In this document: piece by piece, positions 53,623-64,000 of the stretch
Position numbering within the stretch: position 1 is the first letter of the stretch
Layout: every line of letters begins with the position of its first letter
Assembly (NCBI GenBank): GCA_963801675.1
Contig: CAWDFN010000001.1
Span: 4,439,427 to 4,503,426 of the forward strand
Direction: 5' to 3'
Length of the DNA stretch: 64,000 nucleotides
DNA from: an uncultured Planctomycetia bacterium
Lineage (GTDB): Bacteria > Planctomycetota > Planctomycetia > Pirellulales > PALSA-1355
Made by a program: the position numbers and the translations under genes
Notes under the pieces: model-generated
Told to the model about the DNA's origin: nothing
Seen by the model: only the letters and a program-made list of their open reading frames with translations
Databases searched by the model: none

Positions 53623-55116
53623 GTGTCGGAACACGACGAACAACCCATGAACGGCCAATCACTGCGGCGATTGACTCCTTGCGGACGCACGCGCCGCGAG
53701 TTCATTTGGCAGGCAGGCGGCGTGTTTGTCGGCACGGCACTGACGTATCTGCTGGCTGAGGACGGTTTTTTCAATTCCGCCTTCGCGTCCGATACCTCGA
53801 AAGGTTCGATGCTTTCGCCTAAGCCGGCCCATTTTGCTCCCAAAGCCAGCAGTTGCATCTTTCTGTTCAACTATGGCGGCCCGAGCCACGTGGACCTGTT
53901 CGATCCCAAACCGGAGCTGACCAAGCGCGACGGGCAGCCGATGCCGGACTTGGAGAACGACCCGCGCTTCGATCACAAAAAGACCAAGGGCTTGCCGCTG
54001 CTGGGAAGCCTGTGGGAATTCAAGAAGCACGGGCAGGCGGGCATCGAGGTTTCGAGCCTGTTTCCCAAAGTCGCCGAGTGCGTCGACGACCTGGCGATTA
54101 TCCGATCGTGCTATGCCGATAGCTTTGCTCACGGATCGGGCTTGTTGCAGATGAACACCGGCAGCTTGCGGCAGGGCTACCCCAGCCTGGGCTCGTGGGT
54201 CACGTATGGCTTGGGAACGGTGAACCAGAACTTGCCGGCCTACGTGGTGCTGCTGGATCACCGCGGCGGTCCGATCGGCGGGGCGCCGAACTGGGGCGCC
54301 GGCTTCATGCCAGCTGGCTATCAAGGAACGCAGTTCCGCACCAGCGGCGACCCGATCATCGATCTTTCGCCGCGCGGCGGCGTGACTCGCGCTCAGCAGC
54401 GGCAGCAGCTCGACCTGCTTGGCCAGTTAGGCCAGTCGCAGCGCGAGCAATTGCCGCACGACACCGAGTTTGCGGCTCGGCTGGAAAGTTACGAACTGGC
54501 CTTCCGCATGCAGCAGCATGCGCCCGAGGCGGTCGATCTGGCAAACGAGACCGCGCAGACGCTCGAGCAATACGGCCTAAACCATCCGATGACCGAAAAG
54601 TTCGGCCGCCGCTGCCTGATGGCCCGCCGGCTGGTCGAGCGGGGCGTGCGGTTCGTGCAGGTCTATTCCGGTGGCGGTCATTTCGACGAAAACTGGGACG
54701 CTCACCAGGGAATGAAAAAGAACCACGAGCTGCACTGCGGCGAAACCGACCAGCCGATCGCCACGCTGCTCGGCGATCTGAAGGAGCGCGGACTGCTGGA
54801 CGAAACGCTGGTGGTGTGGGGGGGCGAGTTTGGCCGCACTCCGACCAGCCAGGGAGACAACAAGGGCCGCGACCACAATCCGCGCGGCTTCACGATGTGG
54901 ATGGCCGGCGGCGGCATTCAGGGCGGCCAGGTATACGGCGCCACCGACGAGTTCGGCTATGCTGCGGTGGAAAAGAAAGTTCACGTCCACGACCTGCACG
55001 CCACGATCTTGCACCTGATGGGCCTGAATCACGAGGCCCTGACGTTCTTCCACGGCGGCCGCGAAATGCGCCTGACCGACGTTGAAGGCAACGTGCTGCA
55101 CGAATTGATCGCCTGA
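53623..55116 (+). CDS. DUF1501 sulfatase-like protein
   Basis: [37 protein letters not shown]. Confidence 0.92.
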   Translation: MSEHDEQPMNGQSLRRLTPCGRTRREFIWQAGGVFVGTALTYLLAEDGFFNSAFASDTSKGSMLSPKPAHFAPKASSCIFLFNYGGPSHVDLFDPKPELTKRDGQPMPDLENDPRFDHKKTKGLPLLGSLWEFKKHGQAGIEVSSLFPKVAECVDDLAIIRSCYADSFAHGSGLLQMNTGSLRQGYPSLGSWVTYGLGTVNQNLPAYVVLLDHRGGPIGGAPNWGAGFMPAGYQGTQFRTSGDPIIDLSPRGGVTRAQQRQQLDLLGQLGQSQREQLPHDTEFAARLESYELAFRMQQHAPEAVDLANETAQTLEQYGLNHPMTEKFGRRCLMARRLVERGVRFVQVYSGGGHFDENWDAHQGMKKNHELHCGETDQPIATLLGDLKERGLLDETLVVWGGEFGRTPTSQGDNKGRDHNPRGFTMWMAGGGIQGGQVYGATDEFGYAAVEKKVHVHDLHATILHLMGLNHEALTFFHGGREMRLTDVEGNVLHELIA

Positions 55117-55141
55117 TCAAGTCAGCCTGACGTTGCCGGCG

Positions 55142-56731
55142 TCACGGCTTCGCTTCGTCCGAGACGCCGGCGGCATCGTTGGCGGGTGCTTCGGCCGCCG
55201 CACCAGGAGCAGGAATCTCGACGGTCCGCACTCGTCCGGCCGTTTCGATCTCTAGTGCCAGAGGGCCTTGCAAGGTCGTGGCCAGTTGGCGGAAGTTTTC
55301 GCCGTCGGCAAATGGTTGTCCGTCGATTCGGTAGATGCGGTCGTTGACGCGGACCCCGGCCAGGTCGGCCGGCGAACCTGACGTGACGCGGTTGACGATC
55401 ACCGAGCCCGGCTCGGCGTCGTCGGTGCGCCACGAAATTCCCAGCCGCACCGGATCGCCGGGCAATTGGAGCGTCACTTCGACGGGTTCGGCTTCGCCCG
55501 ACCGTCGCAGGGTGACGGGAACTGGGCTTTTCGCGGCCAGCACGTTGACGCGGAACTGAGGTGCACCGTGGACTTCGCGGCCGGCAAACGAGAGCAGGGT
55601 GTCGCCCGGACGGATGCCGGCAATGTCGGCGGCCGAGCGGGGTGTTACGGCTGCCACGGTGATCGCGCCGGTTTTCTCGGCGATGGCATCGTCCCAGCGG
55701 ATGCCCAACCGCCCGGGGACCGGCGGCAGCGCGACCTCGCGGGCCCGCTGGTCGGATTTCGATTCGCTGCGCGCATGATGGCGGAAACCGGGTAGACTGG
55801 GCGATTCGGCCAGTTCCACCAGCACGTTGAACATCAGTTGGGCGACTTGCTTAAGCCCGTCACTGTTGATCTTGTCCGCGTCGTCGCTGGGCCGGTGATA
55901 GTCCTTGTGCAGGCCGGTGTGCAGCATGACCACGGGGATATTGTGCATGACGAACGTGTGGTGGTCGCTGTCGGGTTTCAGCTCCCAGTCGAAATTCAAC
56001 AGCAGTTGCGATACGTCGTTCTGCCGGCTCACCAGTTGCCGCAGGCCGGGGCCGGTGCGCGATCCGAACACGATGAGCTGCGAGTCGCGCAGGCGGCCGA
56101 TCATGTCGGCATTGATCATGATTGGGACACTCTTCAAGGGCACGGTCGGATGATCGATCCAGTCCTGCGAGCCGAGCAGGCCTTTCTCTTCGCCGTCCCA
56201 GAAGGCGAATAGGATCGAACGCTTGGGCTTCTCGGGCAGTTTGCAGACGGCCGCCGCGACTTCGAGCAGCCCGACGACTCCGCTGGCGTTGTCGTCGGCG
56301 CCGTTGTGGATCAATCCGACCGGTCCGAAGCTGTTGCGGTTGTTTCCATATCCGACGTGATCGTAGTGGGCGCCGATCACGATGATCTGTTCTTTGAGCG
56401 CCGGATCGCGTCCCTCGGCCAGCGCGAGGATATTATGGTAACTGCCGAAGTTCTGGTAGAAGCTGCCCTTGGGGCCGCCGCCATGTAGACCTGCTTTTTT
56501 CAACCGGTCGATGACGTAGATGCCGGCCGCCCGATTGCCGCGGCTACCCGACTCGCGCCCTTCGAACGTGTCATCGGCCAGGGCGCCGACATATTCCTTG
56601 ATTTCCTGGGCGGTGATCGATTGCACTGCCGTGTTGCGGGCGTCGGCTTCGACGGCCGAGCTGCAGGGTGCCAAGGCCCCAAGCAGCAGTGCGAAAGCGA
56701 TCCAAGCGACGGCAAGTCGGGAAAGATGCAT
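55142..56731 (-). CDS. M28 family aminopeptidase with two PDZ domains
   Basis: GAHYDH, GADDNASG, GEEKGLLGS, SDH and DYHRPSD motifs; two RLGI PDZ repeats. Confidence 0.9.
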   Translation of the reverse strand: MHLSRLAVAWIAFALLLGALAPCSSAVEADARNTAVQSITAQEIKEYVGALADDTFEGRESGSRGNRAAGIYVIDRLKKAGLHGGGPKGSFYQNFGSYHNILALAEGRDPALKEQIIVIGAHYDHVGYGNNRNSFGPVGLIHNGADDNASGVVGLLEVAAAVCKLPEKPKRSILFAFWDGEEKGLLGSQDWIDHPTVPLKSVPIMINADMIGRLRDSQLIVFGSRTGPGLRQLVSRQNDVSQLLLNFDWELKPDSDHHTFVMHNIPVVMLHTGLHKDYHRPSDDADKINSDGLKQVAQLMFNVLVELAESPSLPGFRHHARSESKSDQRAREVALPPVPGRLGIRWDDAIAEKTGAITVAAVTPRSAADIAGIRPGDTLLSFAGREVHGAPQFRVNVLAAKSPVPVTLRRSGEAEPVEVTLQLPGDPVRLGISWRTDDAEPGSVIVNRVTSGSPADLAGVRVNDRIYRIDGQPFADGENFRQLATTLQGPLALEIETAGRVRTVEIPAPGAAAEAPANDAAGVSDEAKP

Positions 56732-56948
56732 GGCGAGGTCCGTTTGTAGGGTTTATCCGGAAGGCGGGCTGGGAACTTCGTGCCGTTGCGGCCGGCGGGG
56801 CGCGGCCGTGTTTGGGGGCCACGGATAATATACCCCACGGTACCAGCGCGCGTGATCGACTGACAGCGCTGCGCCCCCTAGTCGCTTACACCGCGGCGCT
56901 GCTACATTTTGGGCTGGTTTCCGCAGCCTGCAAGGCCCCGTGCGTTTT

Positions 56949-59900
56949 ATGACATCTACGATCCGCAAGCTGCTGGTCGCCAACCGCAGCGAAATTGCCA
57001 TCCGCGTGTTTCGCACGGCCCACGAGTTGGGCATCCGCACGGTCGCCATCTACTCGCACGAGGATCGCTACGCCCTGCACCGGTTCAAGGCCGACGAAGC
57101 CTATCTGATCGGCCAGCCCGGCGAGCCGATTCGGTCGTATCTGGACATCGACGCGCATCATCGCCGTGGCCCGGCAGTACGGGGTCGACGCGATTCATCC
57201 CGGCTACGGCTTTCTGTCCGAGAATCCGGCCTTGGCGCGGGCCTGCCGCGACGGCCGGCATCATCTTTTGCGGCCCGCCGCCGGAGATTCTGGAACAGCT
57301 GGGCGACAAGATCGCAGGCCCGCGCCATCGCCGCGGCGGCCGGCGTGCCGATCCTGTCCGGCAGCAGCAAGCCGCTGGCGACGGTCAAGGAGGCCGCAAG
57401 ACCTGGCCGCAAACGCTCGGCTACCCCGTGATGCTCAAGGCGGCCAAGGGGGGCGGCGGCCGCGGCATGCGCGTGGTCAACGAAGCCGACGAGCTGGCCT
57501 CGGCGCTCGAACAGGCCCAGCGCGAGTCGCAGGCCGCCTTCGGCAGCTCCGACGTGTTTCTGGAAAAATACATCCACCGGCCGCGGCACATCGAAGTGCA
57601 ATTGCTGGGCGATCAGCACGGCAATCTCGTGCACCTGTTCGAGCGCGATTGCTCGGTGCAGCGGCGCCATCAGAAAGTGGTCGAAATCGCACCGGCGCCG
57701 AACCTCGATCCGGCCGTTGCGCGACGAGCTTTGCGAGCGCGGCATTGCGCGATCGGCCACGCCGTCGCGCTACGAAAACGCCGGCACGGTCGAATTCCTG
57801 GTCGATGCCGACACCGGCAAGTTTTACTTCATCGAAGTCAATCCGCGCATTCAGGTCGAGCACACCGTGACCGAAGAGGTGACCGGCATCGACATCGTCA
57901 AGTGCCAGATTCTGGTCGCCAAGGGACGCACGCTTGCACGATCCGGAAATCGGCCTGGCCTCGCAGGAGCGACGTGCGCACGCACGGCTTCGCCTTGCAG
58001 TGCCGCGTGACGACCGAAGATCCGGAAAATCGGTTTCTGCCCGACTACGGCCGGATCGCCCACTATCGCTCGGCCGGCGGCATGGGCATTCGGCTCGACG
58101 CCGGCACGGCGTTTTCCGGCGCGGTGGTCACGCCGTTCTACGATTCGCTGTTGGTGAAGGTCACCGCCTGGGGCCGGCGATTCACCGACGCCGCCGCGGC
58201 GGATGGAGCGCGTGCTTGCAGGAATTTCGCGTCCGCGGCGTGAAGACGAACATTCCGTTTCTGATCAACCTGGTCACGCACCCGACGTTTCTCGCCGGCG
58301 GCTTCACCACGCGATTCATCGACGACACGCCCGGAGCTGTTCGATTTCGTGCCGCGGCAGGATCGGGCCACGAAGCTGTTCACGTATCTGGCCGACGTGA
58401 TCGTCAACGGCAATCCGCTGGTCAAGAATCGGCCCGCCACGATTCGCCGCGAGCCCGCGCCGGTGCCGACGCTCGACCACAAGCAGCCGATTCCCGCCGG
58501 CACGCGGCAGAAGTTGCTGGAGCTGGGGCCCGAGAAATTCTGCAAGTGGATTCTGGAGCAGAAGCCGCTGCTGCTGACCGACACCACGTTTCGCGACGCG
58601 CATCAGTCGCTGCTGGCCACGCGGATGCGGACGTACGACATGCTGGCGATCGCCGAGGCGTATGCCCGGCTCATGCCCGCAGTTGTTCTCGCTCGAAATG
58701 TGGGGCGGGGCGACGTTCGACACGTCGATGCGGTTTCTGCAAGGAGTGCCCCTGGCAGCGGCTGGCCGAGCTGCGCGAGCGGATTCCCAACATCCTGTTT
58801 CAGATGCTGCTGCGGGCCTCGAACGCGCGTGGGCTACACGAACTATCCGGACAACGTGGTGCAAGGCGTTCGTGCAAGAGTCGGCCCAGGCGGGCATCGA
58901 CCTGTTCCGCATTTTCGATTCGCTCAATTGGGTGCCGAACATGCGCGTGGCCATGGACGCGGTGCTCGAAACCGGCGCGCATGTGCGAAGCGGCCATCTG
59001 CTACACCGGCGACATCCTCGATCCCGAAGCGCCCGAAGTACGACCTGAAGTACTACGTCGACCTGGCCAAGGAACTCGAGAAGATGGGCGCGCACATCCT
59101 GGCCATCAAGGACATGGCCGGCCTGTGCAAGCCGTACGCGGCCGAAGTGCTGGTGCAGACGCTGAAGCAGGAAATCGGCATTCCGATTCACTTCCACACG
59201 CACGACACCAGCGGCGTGCAGGCGGCCGTCGATTCTGAAGGCGGCCGAAGCCGGGCTCGACATCGCCGACGGCGCGATGGCGCCGATGTCGGGCCTGACG
59301 TCGCAGCCGAATCTGAACTCGATCGTCGAGGCGCTGCGGTTCACGCCGCGCGACACGCGGCCTCGAGTTCGAAGCCTTGCAAGCCATGGCCCACTACTGG
59401 GAGGCGGTGCGCGAGTTCTACTCGCCGTTCGAGACCGGCATGATGGCCAGCACGGCCGACGTGTACACGCAACGAAATGCCCGGCGGGCAGTACACGAAT
59501 CTGTTCGAGCAGGCGCAAGCCGCTCGGCCTGGCGTCGCGCTGGCCCGACATTTGCCGCATGTATGCCGACGTGAATCAACTGTTCGGCGACATCGTCAAG
59601 GTCACGCCCTCGTCGAAGGCGGTCGGCGATATGGCGCTGTTCCTGGTCACCAACAATCTGACCGTGGCCGACGTGCTCGACTCGAACCGCGAGCTGGCGT
59701 TTCCCGAATCGGTGGTCGACCTGATCGCCGGCCGCATGGGCCAGCCGCCGGGCGGATTTCCGCCGCAGGTGCAGAAGCGAATTCTGCGCGGGCAGAAACC
59801 GCTCGAAGGTCGGCCCGGCGCCGCGCTGCCGCCGGCCGATTTCAAAGCCGCCGCCGCCGAATTGCAGAAGAAACTCGGCCGCGAGCCGACGCGGCAAGAC

Positions 59901-60422
59901 GTGCTGTCGTACCTGCTCTATCCCAAGGTGTTTCACGGATTTCGTCGCCCATCACGAGCAGCTATTCCGACGTGAGCATCCTGCCCACCGCCGTGTTCTT
60001 CTACGGCCAGGAGCCGGGCCAGGAAGTCGCCATCGAGATCGAGCCCGGCAAGACGCTGATCGTCAAGTTTCTGACCGTCGGCGATCCGCATCCCGACGGC
60101 CGCCGCACCGTGTTCTTCGAGCTCAACGGCCAGCCGCGCAGCGTCACCGTGCGCGACCTGTCGCTGGAGCCGGAGGAAAAGGTCCGCGCCAAGGCCGATC
60201 CGGCCAACCCGATGCACGTCGGCGCGCCGATGCCCGGGCTGGTCGTCACGGTTGCGGTCAAGGTGGGCGACACGGTGACGCAGGGCCAGAAGCTGCTGTC
60301 GCTGGAAGCCATGAAGATGGAAACCACGCTGTACGCCGAGCGACGCCGGCAAAGTCGCGGAGCTGCTGGTCAAGCCGGGCACGCAAGTCGACACCAACGA
60401 TTTGCTGTTGCGATTGGAGTAG
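56949..60422 (+). CDS. pyc: Pyruvate carboxylase (many frameshifts)
   Basis: [50 protein letters not shown] and EAMKME biotin motif, spread over shifting frames. Confidence 0.92.
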
Positions 60423-60533
60423 CTTGTTCGCTGCATGGGAGGGTGCCGCGAAGGTGTCGCAAAGGCAGTGCTGGACATGCCAGCAGTGACACCCCGTTAG
60501 CGTCGCATCGCTTGTCGCAAGTCGCGCGTCGCA

Positions 60534-62237
60534 TCAGCCGTCGGTCGATCGTTTTGGCCTGAAGATATCCAGTACGGCCTCGATCGGCAGATAGACCCAA
60601 TCGGGCCGATTATTCAATTCGTACCGCAATTCGTACAGTGCTTTCTCCAGAATGCAGAGCTTCAGGAGCGAGCGAAATTCCTGCTCGTCGGTGGGCAGAA
60701 ACGCGGCGCCGGCGGCCACGCGGCGGTAGCCCTTCAAAAAGGCCGCACTAGTCCAGAAGCACCACGCGCCCGTCCAGTCGTCGATCCGTCGGATGTCGCC
60801 GTTCGGCGCACACTCTTTGGCGTGCGTTGCAGCCGAGCAGCTTGCGTAGTGAAACGACCGGATCATGCCAGCCACGTCGCGCAGCGCCAACTGTCGCCGC
60901 CGCCGCTGGCTCAAGGGCCGGGCAGGCTCTCCCTCGAAATCGATGATTACGAAATCGTGGTCGGTGACCAGTACCTGGCCGAGGTGATAATCGCCGTGGC
61001 AACGAATGCCCAAAGCATGAATGGGCCGATCGCCGGCCGACTGAAATACGCGTTCAACGTCCGACTCGAGACGCAACACCATCTCGGCTTTCCGAGCGAC
61101 TTCGGAGGGCCATCCGGAGGTCTGGCTGGCGAGCAACCGAAAGGTGTCGTGGGCCAACTCGCGAGTGCGCTCGAACAGGGTCCGTTGCTCGGCGGCCGTG
61201 AACGGTTGCGGAGCCATCGCCGCATCGTCGGTTGCCGCCGCAAGTGCCAGGTGCATTTCGGCAGTGCGCACGCCAAGTCGGTCGGCGTCGGACAAGAAAT
61301 CGCCGAAGGAGGCTTCGACATGGGCCGGAATCGGACGGCTCGCGGCCTCGCACACCTTGCCTTCGAGCAAGCCGGGTGCGACGTCCGATCCGGACGGCAG
61401 CTTTGATCTTCCATCTAAGAGCGCCGCGAGCTTGAGCAGCATATAGGCCCACGCGTCACCCTGGTTGGGCACAAAACCTTGCAGCATCGCCAACGCCCAA
61501 GGCGGTTGATCGTCGCGGCGATATTCCACGGCACCGGCCAGCGGGGGAACTCGCGCAAATCCTTGCCGCCAAAGGTATGCGTTGAGCTCCAGGTCGGGGT
61601 TCATGCCCATCTCGACGCGGCGAAAAACCTTGAGGATCAAGCGGTCGCCGTACACGATCGAGCTGTTGCTCTGTTCGGCGTGCGAGAGCCTGGCGATGAG
61701 CGACGACTTTGCGTCACCGTGAAGCCGGCGGAATGATGGGGCTTGCCAGGCGACGAGTTGTCCGACCATGCCCGGCAGCGTTGCGGCGGTCTCGAACAAG
61801 CGCAACAATGCAGCCGAAAAATCATCGTCGATCAGCGCGTCATACAGGACGGCCGGCTCGCGCGGATCGGCCAGTCGCACGCTGCTCCAAAGCGCGGGCC
61901 CGCCAACGGTCAATAATCGTTGTGCCCGGTCGCCGGTGGCCAGTGCCAGGGGGAGTTGATAGACCTCGGCCGGCCCCGTGGCAAATCGCACTTCAACCAG
62001 CGCCAGTCGCGCTTCGTCGGACAGCGTAAAGGCATCGACAACCGTCACGGTTTCAATCGTTCGAGCCTTCGAGCCAAACCACCGCCGCGTCGCGATTCCC
62101 TGTGCCAGCGCCGTTGTGATGTCGCGATGGGGCGTCGGACCAAGCACCTGGTTCCAATCCCAGACGCCGCCCAAGTCGAGCGTCGGCAGCTTCCTGGGCG
62201 TTTCACGAGGTGGGCGCGACGCGGCATGCTCTTCCAT
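60534..62237 (-). CDS. Maltokinase (Pep2/Mak-like)
   Basis: RRWFGSK, AEQSNSS, HGDYHLGQVL, IDFEGEP and YELNNRPDW motifs. Confidence 0.9.
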   Translation of the reverse strand: MEEHAASRPPRETPRKLPTLDLGGVWDWNQVLGPTPHRDITTALAQGIATRRWFGSKARTIETVTVVDAFTLSDEARLALVEVRFATGPAEVYQLPLALATGDRAQRLLTVGGPALWSSVRLADPREPAVLYDALIDDDFSAALLRLFETAATLPGMVGQLVAWQAPSFRRLHGDAKSSLIARLSHAEQSNSSIVYGDRLILKVFRRVEMGMNPDLELNAYLWRQGFARVPPLAGAVEYRRDDQPPWALAMLQGFVPNQGDAWAYMLLKLAALLDGRSKLPSGSDVAPGLLEGKVCEAASRPIPAHVEASFGDFLSDADRLGVRTAEMHLALAAATDDAAMAPQPFTAAEQRTLFERTRELAHDTFRLLASQTSGWPSEVARKAEMVLRLESDVERVFQSAGDRPIHALGIRCHGDYHLGQVLVTDHDFVIIDFEGEPARPLSQRRRRQLALRDVAGMIRSFHYASCSAATHAKECAPNGDIRRIDDWTGAWCFWTSAAFLKGYRRVAAGAAFLPTDEQEFRSLLKLCILEKALYELRYELNNRPDWVYLPIEAVLDIFRPKRSTDG

Positions 62238-62327
62238 GGACCATCCTTGAAGGTTCGACGAATTCGTATGGCGCCGACGTGAATTCTACCTGGAAAGCGT
62301 GGCTACTTCCTAGGAAGACAATCGTTC

Positions 62328-64000
62328 CTAGGAAGACAATCGGAAAATGTGGGCGACCGTGCGCTGCGGATCGAGTTCGACGAAATTTCGCTCCCCTTGC
62401 CAGTGGAAACTGGTTCCGCTGAGCAGATCTTGCAACGGGTACGGGCGATCCGGCGAGATTCCCCATTCCGCCAGCGGCAGAATGATGAACCCGTGCTGCG
62501 GCTCGTGGAAATGCAAATTGACGACCACCACGATCAGGTTGCCGTCTTCGCTCCGCTTGCTGTAACAGAGCAAGTGTTCGTTGTCGGTCGGGTGAAATCG
62601 TAGACTCCAGTCCGACTGCAACGCCCGGTTTTCGCGTCGTGCCCGATTGACCGTTGCGATCACGTCGTGCAGGCCCTCAGGCCGACTGAAGTCCCAATGG
62701 CGCAACTGGTACTTTTCGGAATCCAGGTATTCCTCGCTACCCGGCTCGCGCGGCTGGTGGTCGAGCATCTCGAATGGTGGACCGTAAATTCCGTAATTGG
62801 CGCCCAGCGTTGCGGCCAGCACCAGCCGCGCGATGAAAGCCGGACGGCCGCCGGTCTGCAAATGTTCCGGCAGAATGTCGGGCGTGTTGGGCCACAGGTT
62901 CGGCCGAAAATACTCGCGCACGTCCGTTTGCGCCAGCTCCGTGAAATATTCGGTGAGTTCCGCCTTGGTGTTCCGCCACGTGAAATACGTATACGACTGC
63001 GTGAAGCCGAGTTTCGCCAGAGCGTACATCACGTGCGGCCGCGTGAACGCCTCGGACAGGAATATCGTGTCGGGATAACGGGCCTTGATCTGGCCGATCC
63101 AGTATTCCCAAAACGCGAACGGTTTGGTGTGAGGGTTGTCGACGCGAAAGACGCGAATCCCTTGAGCGCACCAATACAGAGCCACGTCGGTCAGCTCTTG
63201 CCACAAACCGCGCCAGTCGACGTTTTCGAAATCGAAGGGATAGATATCCTGATATTTCTTGGGCGGGTTCTCCGCATATTGCACCGTTCCGTCGGGGCGA
63301 GTGCGAAACCACTGCGTATGTTCTTTCACGTACGGGTGGTCCGGCGAGCATTGAAACGCGATGTCCAGCGCCACGTCGACGCCGAGCGCCGCGGCCGCGG
63401 CGACTAGGTGACGCAAATCGTCGAGCGTGCCGAGCTGGCGGTGGATCGCCTTGTGTCCTCCTTCGGGCGAACCGATCGCCCACGGACAGCCGACGTCGGC
63501 CGCGTCGGCGGTGACGGCGTTGTTCTTGCCTTTGCGAAACGTGGCGCCAATGGGATGAATCGGCGGCAGGTAGAGAATGTCAAAGCCCATTTTGGCCAAT
63601 CGCGGCAGCCAAGCTTCGCAATCGGCCAGCGTGGCGTGCCGCGCCGGATCGCTGGCGCAGGATCGGGGAAACAGTTCGTACCAGCTGCTATAGCGAGCTC
63701 TTTCGCGATCGACGACCACGGCAAACGGCGGCTCGCATTGCGTCGCCAGCCGCAGGTCGGGGTTGCGGTCCATCAGTTGGGCCAGTTCGGTCGCGCCGGC
63801 CTGATACTGCGATTGGCCCGCCGACCCCGCGGCCAAAACCGACTGCCAATGGCGCAGCCGCTGGGCGTCGGTGTCGAAGGCCCGATCGGCCGCCTGGCCG
63901 ACGAGTCGGGCGCCGATTTGCAGGTCGACGGAAATATTCTGATTGGCTTCGATGCGCTTCTTCAGATCGTGGTGCCAGGTTTCGAAGGCGTCGACCCAGG
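62328..64000 (-). CDS. glgE: Alpha-1,4-glucan:maltose-1-phosphate maltosyltransferase (5' end outside window)
   Basis: WYELFPRS, YLPPIHPIG, ENPPKKYQDIYP, FRVDNPHTKP and NTPDIL motifs. Confidence 0.95.
   Translation of the reverse strand, partial: WVDAFETWHHDLKKRIEANQNISVDLQIGARLVGQAADRAFDTDAQRLRHWQSVLAAGSAGQSQYQAGATELAQLMDRNPDLRLATQCEPPFAVVVDRERARYSSWYELFPRSCASDPARHATLADCEAWLPRLAKMGFDILYLPPIHPIGATFRKGKNNAVTADAADVGCPWAIGSPEGGHKAIHRQLGTLDDLRHLVAAAAALGVDVALDIAFQCSPDHPYVKEHTQWFRTRPDGTVQYAENPPKKYQDIYPFDFENVDWRGLWQELTDVALYWCAQGIRVFRVDNPHTKPFAFWEYWIGQIKARYPDTIFLSEAFTRPHVMYALAKLGFTQSYTYFTWRNTKAELTEYFTELAQTDVREYFRPNLWPNTPDILPEHLQTGGRPAFIARLVLAATLGANYGIYGPPFEMLDHQPREPGSEEYLDSEKYQLRHWDFSRPEGLHDVIATVNRARRENRALQSDWSLRFHPTDNEHLLCYSKRSEDGNLIVVVVNLHFHEPQHGFIILPLAEWGISPDRPYPLQDLLSGTSFHWQGERNFVELDPQRTVAHIFRLSS

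Overview
The window is GC-rich DNA from a Planctomycetota genome. The evidence is DUF1549/DUF1553 plus DUF1501 gene pairs and a planctomycete extracellular-domain/dockerin protein. Positions 1-~24277 are the right part of a siphovirus-like prophage: ParB-like protein, putative cos, terminase, lambda-type portal, protease/scaffold, capsid, cement, head-tail, tail tube, chaperones, tape measure and tail tip. It ends in a duplicated 3' half of a tRNA(CAT), the probable att site. Positions ~24.3-64 kb are ordinary host genes (GT4, MOSC, YbjN, GH2, D-aminoacylase, PilT-like ATPase, tRNA-Leu, DUF1553/DUF1501 pairs, enolase/MFS, M28 peptidase, pyc, maltokinase, glgE). Three non-coding signals in the prophage stand out. 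(1) Four copies of a 16-bp parS-like palindrome (CATTWCGCGCGWAATG) accompany a ParB with no adjacent ParA. (2) About ten copies of a cruciform, REPIN-like element carry strictly 6-bp-stem/3-nt-loop hairpins whose sequences co-vary; one copy is inverted and one is in-frame inside parB. (3) A ~225-nt highly structured, possibly pseudoknotted element lies directly upstream of parB. Many genes carry single-base frameshifts that look like long-read assembly errors. All calls come from reading the sequence by eye; no searches were run.
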